Sequence record: NC_041884.1
Direction: 5' to 3' (one strand)
DNA: 64,000 bases
Made by a program: the position numbers and the translations under genes. Positions 1 through 7,494 of this stretch are shown in pieces. The number at the start of each line of letters is the position of its first letter. The first letter of the stretch is position 1. The notes beneath the pieces were generated by a model. The model made no database searches. It saw nothing but the letters and a program-made list of their open reading frames with translations, and was not told the DNA's origin.

Positions 1-198
1 ATCAGCTCCTGAGTTATTTTCAATAGTTTCATCTGTTTCAAGCATTACATCATCAATTTGAATTTCAGTATTCATAGTTAATTCACCTTTGCGATAAGAT
101 TTGATTGAACCATCACTTGATTGACATTTAACCCAACCTTTTGATTCAGATACGATTGTTACTACTTCATTTGTTGCAATTACTGTTACTGTATTCAT
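1..198 (-). CDS. small acidic hypothetical protein, partial (runs off the left edge)
   Basis: Not in the ORF track. Minus-strand ATG at 198 follows an AGGAG SD; reads MNTVTVIATNEVVTIVSESKGWVKCQSSDGSIKSYRKGELTMNTEIQIDD... with no stop before base 1. Confidence 0.75.
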   Translation of the reverse strand, partial: MNTVTVIATNEVVTIVSESKGWVKCQSSDGSIKSYRKGELTMNTEIQIDDVMLETDETIENNSGAD

Positions 199-324
199 GA
201 TGTTTCTCCTTTACCTAGTATAAAGATATAAAATAAAACTAGGATGATTCATTAGTAATATATACTCAATAGGAATATACATTAATAATGAAAGACAGTT
301 TAGAGACATGTCTAGGTCATTATA

Positions 325-501
325 TTATCTGTCGAAATTCATTTGTGAGTAAAACTTATCCATCTCTGCATCAAACATGTCTAATTGTTCTTCATTAAAC
401 AATTCAATTCCAAATGGTACATATTTAGATGGATCTCTCATGCACTCAGCTTGGTTCACTGTTAACATAGTCATTACTTCTTTCATTTGATAAGCTTTCA
501 T
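325..501 (-). CDS. 58-aa acidic hypothetical protein
   Basis: Not in the ORF track. AGGAG SD then ATG at 501; MKAYQMKEVMTMLTVNQAECMRDPSKYVPFGIELFNEEQLDMFDAEMDKFYSQMNFDR, TAA at 327-325. Confidence 0.7.
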   Translation of the reverse strand: MKAYQMKEVMTMLTVNQAECMRDPSKYVPFGIELFNEEQLDMFDAEMDKFYSQMNFDR

Positions 502-748
502 ATTGTTCTCCTAGAACATCAATTTTTAAAGTATGTGAAGGGTAGGGAGGCAACTCAATGGTACACCCATATCATCCGAGAGAATACACTCACATATATA
601 ACCTGGTCCCCTCAAAATAAAATGCAGATTTTTACACCTCACCAGAGAAATTGTCTTGGCAAGGGTAGGGGGTCAAAAAACTTGACTAGCTTTTCCACAT
701 AATTCAATCTGATATTTTTTAAAATATACTTACTATTCTGTCTCTCTA

Positions 749-777
749 TTTACATACCATTACAAATACATTACTAT
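749..777 (+). promoter_or_regulatory. sigma70-like promoter
   Basis: TTTACA (749-754), 17-nt spacer, TACTAT (772-777), upstream of the gene at 839. AT-rich background makes chance matches possible. Confidence 0.45.
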
Positions 778-838
778 ACTCACTATGTATTCTTTGTTAT
801 TTGGAATACATATAAATTAATAAGGAGGATATTTTTAA

Positions 839-1492
839 ATGATGGATCTTAAAGATAGAGCAGAAGTGTTTAAAAAAGCATTGCTCTTGAAACATCCACA
901 CATAACATTCAATGTTTCTGATTATCTTACAAAAGCAGACTTTATAAATTTTAATTGCTCTAGGCATGGACCATTTGTTTCGTCTCCTAGAAATATAATT
1001 AGAAATAAATACGGTTGTGATAATTGTTATAAAGATTTAGTACAATTAGCTCCTAAAGATGTAGTAACTCCAAGAAAAACTACTGAGGAATTCATAGAAG
1101 AGGCTACTCGATTACATAATGGGTTCTATACTTATGAACATACAGTATATGAAACAAGGCTAAAGCCTATTACAGTGACTTGTCCTCTTCATGGTGAATT
1201 CATTATTCCTCAAGCCGCAATGCATCTAGTAACGAAGAGAGGTTGTTTAGATTGCAGAAGAGAAAAGTCTATGTTAACGAGAGATCAATTTATAGATAAA
1301 TGTAAGCTTAGAACTAAATCTTTCTACATATATGATAAGACAATTTATGACGGGTTAAATAAAGACATTACAGTAGAGTGTATTCGTCATGGTGAATTTA
1401 CATTAAAGGCAAGCAGTCATATTAATGGTAAAGGGTGTCAAGAATGTAGAGCTTTAGGTATGGATTTATATAAAGGAAGAGAAAACAGATGA
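839..1492 (+). CDS. DUF723/CapR-like triple Zn-finger repeat protein (homing-endonuclease-type DNA-binding repeats, no nuclease domain visible)
   Basis: Three repeats of C-x2-HG-x-F ... GC-x2-C (CSRHGPF/GCDNC, CPLHGEF/GCLDC, CIRHGEF/GCQEC); AAGGAGG SD. Confidence 0.75.
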   Translation: MMDLKDRAEVFKKALLLKHPHITFNVSDYLTKADFINFNCSRHGPFVSSPRNIIRNKYGCDNCYKDLVQLAPKDVVTPRKTTEEFIEEATRLHNGFYTYEHTVYETRLKPITVTCPLHGEFIIPQAAMHLVTKRGCLDCRREKSMLTRDQFIDKCKLRTKSFYIYDKTIYDGLNKDITVECIRHGEFTLKASSHINGKGCQECRALGMDLYKGRENR

Positions 1493-1767
1493 ATAATATG
1501 GTTACAACACTAGCAACAACAACTAGTGTAGGTATAGCTGGTGGCTTAGGTTACGGAGCTTTTAATAAACAATACGGGGTGGGTGTCTATGGATCTAATT
1601 TAAATGATCCGTATATAGGCTACTCAGACTATGTAATTCATGGGGCAGCTTTAGGAGCTGCTGCTGGATTAGCGACAATTGGGCTTAGGTATCAGGCTCA
1701 ACAAAAAAGGATCTCTGGTGTTAGTGAACAGACAGAAGCTCTGTACAGGATGCTCGGAGGGACATAA
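1489..1767 (+). CDS. small Gly/Ala-rich hydrophobic protein
   Basis: Two Gly-rich hydrophobic stretches (VGIAGGLGYGAF, GAALGAAAGLATIGL); overlaps the upstream stop (ATGA). Confidence 0.7.
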   Translation: MNNMVTTLATTTSVGIAGGLGYGAFNKQYGVGVYGSNLNDPYIGYSDYVIHGAALGAAAGLATIGLRYQAQQKRISGVSEQTEALYRMLGGT

Positions 1768-1792
1768 ATAAAGTTTCAATGAGGATTTGATT

Positions 1793-2230
1793 TTGAATAC
1801 TTTTACTAGATTATGCATTACACTATTAATAGCTTTACCAATGTCGGCTATGGCTGGGGAGTATTTAACTGATAAAGTTGACTCAGTAATTAATTGGGGA
1901 TTTTGGTCTATACTATTAGGTGCTCTTGCAGGAGGGATTGCTGCTACATTTATAGAAACAGAAGTGGATATTAAACTATCTAATGATAAAACAGCTAAGA
2001 TTCTTATAGGTACTGCCCTAGGATTCTTTTCTTGCTTGACATGGACTGCTTATTATCCTGATACAACAATGATGAAACTAGCTCTTCCTTCATTTGTCTT
2101 AGGATGTTTAGGGGCTCCTATTATAGCTTTCTTGCTATCATGGGCAGCTGACCCTAGAACATGGAGACGAGCTAATAGTACGTTAAATAAACGTCTTGGA
2201 TTAGAAGAGGACAAGAAAGAGGATGACTAA
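1793..2230 (+). CDS. multi-pass membrane protein, holin/antiholin-like
   Basis: TTG at 1793 is better spaced from the GAGGA SD than TTG at 1787. Signal-like N-terminus (LLIALPMSAMA), about 3 TM segments, charged C-tail; lies upstream of the endolysin. Confidence 0.6.
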   Translation: MNTFTRLCITLLIALPMSAMAGEYLTDKVDSVINWGFWSILLGALAGGIAATFIETEVDIKLSNDKTAKILIGTALGFFSCLTWTAYYPDTTMMKLALPSFVLGCLGAPIIAFLLSWAADPRTWRRANSTLNKRLGLEEDKKEDD

Positions 2231-2483
2231 TTTAGTACCTATCCTAATTACAAGTATAGGACTTCTTTATAGTATTTATCTTTTAATAAGTAGTAAATTT
2301 AATACTAAAGACAAAGCTTGTAATTCGTGTATATGTTTATATGGTATCGGATGGATGTTCTTACTATTACAAACAATTAAAACCCAATTCGAAGGATCTA
2401 TGATAATAGGATTGTTTTTTCTATTAGCTGGATTCTTGATTTGGTCAAGAAAACAATTAAAAACTAAAAGGAGATTAATATGA
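2223..2483 (+). CDS. small 3-TM membrane protein, holin-like
   Basis: Three hydrophobic segments and a basic C-terminus (RKQLKTKRRLI) in the lysis cluster. Confidence 0.55.
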   Translation: MTNLVPILITSIGLLYSIYLLISSKFNTKDKACNSCICLYGIGWMFLLLQTIKTQFEGSMIIGLFFLLAGFLIWSRKQLKTKRRLI

Positions 2484-2860
2484 TTAATCCATTTGGAAGA
2501 ATAGAAACAAAAGGTGCTTTTAGTGGAGCTAAGTTATCAATGGGACTTCACGATACACTTTTACAAACAGGTAGTGTTGGATTAGGAGCTTCAGCTGCTT
2601 GGGGTGCTGGTATTGGTGCTACAGTAGGAGGTATTAACGGAGCTATGTCTTATGATGGTAGTTTCTTAGGAGGAGCTATGCATGGAGCTATGGTAGGATC
2701 TGTTGGTGGTATGGGAGCAAGATTTGCTGCTAATACATATGCTAAAGGTGCTTTTAGTGGAGCTGCTGATTCAGTAGTTAATGGAGTATTCCCTGCACAA
2801 CAAGGTGGTAAATTTAACTGGAGTAATTTCTCCACAGGTTGGTCAGGCCCTTCAGCTTAA
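2480..2860 (+). CDS. glycine-zipper protein
   Basis: Repeated GxxxG motifs (GAGIGATVGGING, GGAMHGAMVGSVGG); AGGAG SD. Confidence 0.7.
   Translation: MINPFGRIETKGAFSGAKLSMGLHDTLLQTGSVGLGASAAWGAGIGATVGGINGAMSYDGSFLGGAMHGAMVGSVGGMGARFAANTYAKGAFSGAADSVVNGVFPAQQGGKFNWSNFSTGWSGPSA
2510..2764 (+). repeat. exact 21-bp direct repeat AAAGGTGCTTTTAGTGGAGCT (KGAFSGA)
   Basis: Copies at 2510-2530 and 2744-2764, flanking the glycine-zipper core. Confidence 0.9.
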
Positions 2861-2870
2861 GGAGAAATAA

Positions 2871-3584
2871 ATGAACATTTCAGAACTACAACAATGGTTG
2901 AATTCACATGGAGCTACACCTAAGCTTAAAGTAGATGGTATAGCAGGCACTTTAACTAGAACTGCTATTATTCAAGTATTTGTTAATAAGGAAGCTTCAG
3001 CTATTACAGAAGATGAATTACTAACAATTGCTAAGCTTTTAGGAGATTCGGATACAAGAAGAATTAAAGCTGTTGCATCAGTTGAGAGTGGGGGTTCTGG
3101 ATGGTTTGATTCAGGCCTCCCTAAAATACTTTATGAGAGACATTATTTCTATAAGTATACTACAGCTGCAATTAAGAAATTAACAGGATGGTTTATAGGA
3201 ACTACTTCTGGGGGCTATACAACTGATATTAATAAAAATGGTATTAATGATAGTTGGGAAAAACTAGCAGAAGCTGCTTGTAAAGATCCTGATGCAGCTT
3301 TTAAATCTGTATCTATTGGTAAGTTTCAAGTGATGGGTGCCTATTATAAAGAATTAGGTTATTCCCACCCTATTGAAATGCTATGGGATGCAAGAAATAG
3401 TGAGTACGCACACTACAGAATGTTAGTTGGGTATATTACTAAAGTAGCTAGAATGACTAGTTCATATAAAAAATTATCAACTAAGCCAGATGATTGTAGA
3501 GAGTTCGCTCTTCGTTACAATGGAAAAGCTTATGAAAAGAATAATTACCACATTAAATTAGCTAACGCTATGAAAAAGTTTTAA
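2871..3584 (+). CDS. endolysin: N-terminal peptidoglycan-binding module plus N-acetylmuramidase (DUF3380 family)
   Basis: ELQQWLN...LKVDGIAGTLTR binding motif; AVASVESGG, ILYERH, SIGKFQVMG, FALRYNG...Y..KL motifs typical of DUF3380 muramidases. Confidence 0.9.
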   Translation: MNISELQQWLNSHGATPKLKVDGIAGTLTRTAIIQVFVNKEASAITEDELLTIAKLLGDSDTRRIKAVASVESGGSGWFDSGLPKILYERHYFYKYTTAAIKKLTGWFIGTTSGGYTTDINKNGINDSWEKLAEAACKDPDAAFKSVSIGKFQVMGAYYKELGYSHPIEMLWDARNSEYAHYRMLVGYITKVARMTSSYKKLSTKPDDCREFALRYNGKAYEKNNYHIKLANAMKKF

Positions 3585-3629
3585 GAAGAGATTTGAATTG
3601 TCTCTTCTTACACAAAGGAGAGACAATTG
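3582..3629 (+). promoter_or_regulatory. mutually exclusive RNA hairpins covering the SD and start codon of the lysozyme-like gene
   Basis: Stem A: TAAGAAGAGA (3582-3591) with TCTCTTCTTA (3601-3610). Stem B: AATTGTCTCTTCTT (3596-3609) with AAGGAGAGACAATT (3615-3628), 14 bp including one G-U pair. Confidence 0.65.
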
Positions 3630-4085
3630 ATTTACAGTAATTCAGCTTTAAATCTAATAATGAAATCAAGACCATTACATTTACAGAAAAATAAATTATG
3701 GAATGGAAGAGATACAATAGGATACTGCCATATCATTAGAGTAGGTGATAAACTAAGAGATACTGACAAGATTTCTAAAAAAGAAGCTAAAGCATTATTA
3801 GAAAAATCTCTTGTGAGGATATCCAAACAGTTAAATAAAGAACTTGAAACCGATATAAATCAAAATCAATTTGATGCTCTTGTAAGTTTAGTATATGATG
3901 TTGGAATTAGAACTGTCATTGCATCAGGAATGATAGATCAGCTCAATAAAGGCAAAATACTAGAAGTTAGTGTTATGTTTAGAAAGTGGTCTCGTTATAA
4001 GAAGAGACCTGTATACCAATTAATTAAAGCTAGACAAATGGAAATGAAGTTATTTGATACTCCAATAGGAAATAAACATGGATAG
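3627..4085 (+). CDS. GH24 (T4-lysozyme-like) protein with degenerate catalytic residues
   Basis: TIGYCH, NQNQFDALVSLVYDVG, L..RQMEMKLF motifs of phage lysozymes; TTG start after AGGAG. Confidence 0.85.
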   Translation: MIYSNSALNLIMKSRPLHLQKNKLWNGRDTIGYCHIIRVGDKLRDTDKISKKEAKALLEKSLVRISKQLNKELETDINQNQFDALVSLVYDVGIRTVIASGMIDQLNKGKILEVSVMFRKWSRYKKRPVYQLIKARQMEMKLFDTPIGNKHG

Positions 4086-5373
4086 TAAAGTACAACAAAT
4101 GCAAGAGATGATGAAGTTGCAAGAAACTATTGCTCTAGCAAGAAAAGCTTCTCAAGGAAAAACAATTGAGATAGAAGAAGTTAAAGAAGATAAGGAAACC
4201 GTTATTAACACACTTCCTACTGAATATATTTCTGCAAATCAATTAAAACTTTCCTCAAAAGAACTTACGCATTCTACATCTTACTTGGACAGACTTAGAC
4301 AAGATGATGACAGGTTAAATGAAATTAAGATATCAGAAGAAAAAGCTGTTAAGATTAGGAGAGGTCTTCTTAAATTAACTACAGGTAATGCTTCAGTTGT
4401 TCCTTTAAAATGTAATGGAGATACTTGTGCATTTAAACAAACATGTTTAACAGGCGATACTTTAATACTTTCTAGAGGTGGCATTTTTAGAAGACTAGAT
4501 ACTTTAACTGCTCGTAATAAAGTTTACTCATTTAATCTAGATACTTGTAAGATTGAACTAGATAAAGTAATTGAATTTAAGAGACAAGGGTCTGCTGATG
4601 TATATCTTATTGAAACATCTTTAGGTAATACTATTAAAGCTACAGTTAATCATCCATTCTTATCATTATTTAATGATAATTTAGAATGGAGTTCTATAGA
4701 TGGTACAGTTGGAAGTGAATTAAAAGTTGGGTCTGAGGTTCTTGTAGCTGATTTCGAATTAGATACTAAAGATGTGTATTCGATGGGAGACTCATTTATT
4801 GATACAATCAAAGCCATAACTCTTATAGGTACAGAAGAAGTTTTTGATATTGAAGTAGCAGCAAACCATAATTTTATTGCTAATAACTTTATTGTTCATA
4901 ATTGTCCATATTGGTTAGAAAAAGTAGCCCCTGTTGGATTAGCTTGTCCAGTAGAAACTCAATTAATTGAATACTGGCTAGAGAAGTATCAACAAGAGTT
5001 TAATGTTGAAGACAATAGTATTACAGATATGCATATGATTGCTAGACTATGTGAATATGATATCTACGATATGAGAGTAACTCGATACTTAGCTGAAAAT
5101 GATCAAACATTACTTACAGATTTTATCTCATCTTATACAGAAGATGGTGAGCCTATTAGTAATAAAGCTACATCTGCTGCTTTTGAAGTTAAAGAACGTA
5201 TTGATAGATTAAGATCTAAGACTCTTAAAGAGTTAATGGCTACAAGAGAAGCTAAAGCTAAGATTGCAGCTACAGTTGTTAATAGTGCATCTAATTCAGT
5301 ATCTATTGCAGAGATGAAGAAAAAATATGACGAGCTTATTAAAGAAAGAGCTACAATGAGAACGGTTAATTAA
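4078..5373 (+). CDS. intein-containing protein, probable terminase small subunit
   Basis: Hint domain in the middle. The C-terminal AAFEVKERIDRLRSKTLKELMATREAKAK resembles the end of small terminases; lies upstream of terL. The TerS call is inference. Confidence 0.55.
   Translation: MDSKVQQMQEMMKLQETIALARKASQGKTIEIEEVKEDKETVINTLPTEYISANQLKLSSKELTHSTSYLDRLRQDDDRLNEIKISEEKAVKIRRGLLKLTTGNASVVPLKCNGDTCAFKQTCLTGDTLILSRGGIFRRLDTLTARNKVYSFNLDTCKIELDKVIEFKRQGSADVYLIETSLGNTIKATVNHPFLSLFNDNLEWSSIDGTVGSELKVGSEVLVADFELDTKDVYSMGDSFIDTIKAITLIGTEEVFDIEVAANHNFIANNFIVHNCPYWLEKVAPVGLACPVETQLIEYWLEKYQQEFNVEDNSITDMHMIARLCEYDIYDMRVTRYLAENDQTLLTDFISSYTEDGEPISNKATSAAFEVKERIDRLRSKTLKELMATREAKAKIAATVVNSASNSVSIAEMKKKYDELIKERATMRTVN
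4444..4902 (+). mobile_element. mini-intein (153 aa) in putative TerS
   Basis: Starts CLTGDT, block B TVNHPF, ends FDIEVAANHNFIANNFIVHN followed by Cys+1; too short for a homing endonuclease. Confidence 0.93.
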
Positions 5374-5382
5374 GGATTAGAG

Positions 5383-5493
5383 ATGAAACCGATAAGATCA
5401 GAAGATGATAAACGATTAATAGGTCATCTAAAAAAGAAATCAAAAAGGAAGAAAATTCATGTCTATTTCAATTCAAAGAACTCATCACGGTAA
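5383..5493 (+). CDS. possible 36-aa basic peptide
   Basis: AAGGA SD then ATG; MKPIRSEDDKRLIGHLKKKSKRKKIHVYFNSKNSSR; fills an otherwise empty gap. Confidence 0.35.
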   Translation: MKPIRSEDDKRLIGHLKKKSKRKKIHVYFNSKNSSR

Positions 5494-5911
5494 AACCAAA
5501 TATATTAATGGTACTTTCTATAGTAAGAAAAATGGAACTAACTTCCCTTATAAATCTTCATATGAACTAGCATATCTTCAGAAATTAGAAGAAGATCCTA
5601 CTGTAGTTAGATACATGTATGAACCATTTGAATTAGGTTATGTAGATATGTATAACAAGAACAGAAAATACATACCTGACTTCATGGTACTATATTCAGA
5701 TAGTTCTGTTCTTATTACTGAAATCAAACCTGAAGCTATGTTAAAAGATTATGATGTTCAAGCTAAGGCTAAAGCAGCTAAAGCTTTTATTAAAGATAAT
5801 TACCCAGATATTAACATTGCTTATAAATTTATAACAGAGAAAGATTTATTCAAGAACATAACAGAGTACACAAACTTTGTTAGGAGTGTTAAGAATGGAG
5901 AGAAGTCGTAA
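5459..5911 (+). CDS. TnsA-like / T4 gp4-like PD-(D/E)XK head-completion nuclease
   Basis: YKSSYE...YEP...YIPDF...EIKP motif set. Confidence 0.8.
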   Translation: MSISIQRTHHGKTKYINGTFYSKKNGTNFPYKSSYELAYLQKLEEDPTVVRYMYEPFELGYVDMYNKNRKYIPDFMVLYSDSSVLITEIKPEAMLKDYDVQAKAKAAKAFIKDNYPDINIAYKFITEKDLFKNITEYTNFVRSVKNGEKS

Positions 5912-7484
5912 TTCAATTGACGCTTTCTTTAACGATTTAGCTTCATTTGATACAGAAACAACAGGTATAAATACAAAGTCAGCTAGAATATGGCAACTAG
6001 GATTTACAAGTAATAAAAAAGATATTGAAGAAGTAGTAAACCCTTTATTAGATTCTAATAATAAACCTCTGAGTCTATCCAATGAAGACTTTATCAAAGG
6101 GCTTAGAGAGATTAATGGTTCCTTCTCTGAGGATGCTTACAAAGAAGGATATTTTAATACATTAATCTCTAAACACAATGTAACTAAAAACTTATCGTTT
6201 AATCTTGATGAAAAGATAGCTGCAACTCTAGGTCAGCTTTCCACCAACAATATTCTAGTACTCCAAAACCATAGATTTGAATCCGAATTAATACAACAAG
6301 GATACTTAAATAGAAGTATTACTAAGACAACCTATGATAGAATAAAAGATACTATGCAGTATACATCTATCAATGAATTTAATGGTAATACACAGAGTCT
6401 AATGGCTCGCCCACCTAAAGCTGAACAATATTTAAGACAAGCGAGTTATATACAAGCAGCTGAATTATCAGATACTAGAATCAATAGAGAGCAATCTCTT
6501 AATAGATATACAAGATCTATGAATAATGTAATAGATGCATACAAGAGAGCAATAGATAGTCCTACCCGTAAAGGTGCTGTAATGATAGAACAACAAGATA
6601 TCACTAAAGCTTTGTATGCTAATGCTGTATCAATAGGTATTATGGATCCTAACCATTTATCTATAGGTACTAACATGAACTTCTTAACTAATGTATTATT
6701 TGGGAGGGATGAACTACACACAGCATTATCTGATTCTAAAGATACATTAGAGGTATTTAAAGAGACTTGGAGTATGATAGGAGAGATACGCTCTGGAAAC
6801 GTCTCTAATGAAACTAGAAAGATGTTATATAAGATTAATGAAGCTCAGTACTCAGAAGTAGACAGACTCTTTACAACAAGTGTTAAGAGTGTTCTAGAAG
6901 ACTTCTCTATAAAAGGTTCTACAAGTTACTCTCCTAAAGGGAATATAACTATTAGGTCAACAATGATTAGAAGTGCTAGTGCTCAAAATCCTACAAAGAT
7001 CGATGGGATTTCTTCTGGAATAGGTAGAAATTCCACCAAGTCTCTTAAGGAGGGTTTGGAAAATGTTTTAAAAAATTACGAACAACATTCAGGATCTGAT
7101 AGAAGAACTATATACGTACAAGAAATTGTAAATAAATACTATGATAATTCCTCTATTAATGATGCTATTAAATTTGCAGAAGACTCTAGTAAGAAATTTT
7201 TAAAAGAGTCTCCTTCAGTTGCTCCTTTTAATCCAATGAAACCTGTGAGTTACACATCTATGTATTGGAATGAGAAAACTAGTTTACTTGGAAAAGAGAT
7301 GACAAGAAAAACAAAAGCTTCTATATTAGGAGCTGGAGTAGCAGGATTAGCTTATATGTGGCTTAAGCCAGCTCCTAAACAGACAGAAGATCAAGGCTAT
7401 GTAGCTGAGCAGTTCTATGATGAACAATACTTAGGAACAGAGTTTGTAAACTTTAACAATAGAAATAAGCACTATATGTATTAA
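5895..7484 (+). CDS. DEDDh-family 3'-5' exonuclease with a long C-terminal extension and Gly-rich hydrophobic tail
   Basis: ExoI FDTETTG, ExoII QNHRFE, ExoIII HTALSD; ATG 5895 follows AGGAG; tail ASILGAGVAGLAYMWL. Confidence 0.75.
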   Translation: MERSRNSIDAFFNDLASFDTETTGINTKSARIWQLGFTSNKKDIEEVVNPLLDSNNKPLSLSNEDFIKGLREINGSFSEDAYKEGYFNTLISKHNVTKNLSFNLDEKIAATLGQLSTNNILVLQNHRFESELIQQGYLNRSITKTTYDRIKDTMQYTSINEFNGNTQSLMARPPKAEQYLRQASYIQAAELSDTRINREQSLNRYTRSMNNVIDAYKRAIDSPTRKGAVMIEQQDITKALYANAVSIGIMDPNHLSIGTNMNFLTNVLFGRDELHTALSDSKDTLEVFKETWSMIGEIRSGNVSNETRKMLYKINEAQYSEVDRLFTTSVKSVLEDFSIKGSTSYSPKGNITIRSTMIRSASAQNPTKIDGISSGIGRNSTKSLKEGLENVLKNYEQHSGSDRRTIYVQEIVNKYYDNSSINDAIKFAEDSSKKFLKESPSVAPFNPMKPVSYTSMYWNEKTSLLGKEMTRKTKASILGAGVAGLAYMWLKPAPKQTEDQGYVAEQFYDEQYLGTEFVNFNNRNKHYMY

Positions 7485-7494
7485 GAGAAGTATT

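Noticed and set aside
304-313. Perfect 10-bp palindrome AGACATGTCT between the two leftward genes
   Set aside because: Single occurrence with no supporting context; can arise by chance in 64 kb.
487-702. 71-aa plus-strand ORF from the track
   Set aside because: TTG start without SD, overlaps the start of a better-supported minus-strand gene (325-501), and spans the likely regulatory intergenic region.
682-703. TTGACT...CATAAT as a sigma70 promoter
   Set aside because: Spacer is only about 10 nt.
1787-1795. TTG-ATT-TTG as a lambda S-type dual-start holin motif
   Set aside because: The first TTG is only 1 nt from the SD and there is no charged residue between the two starts.
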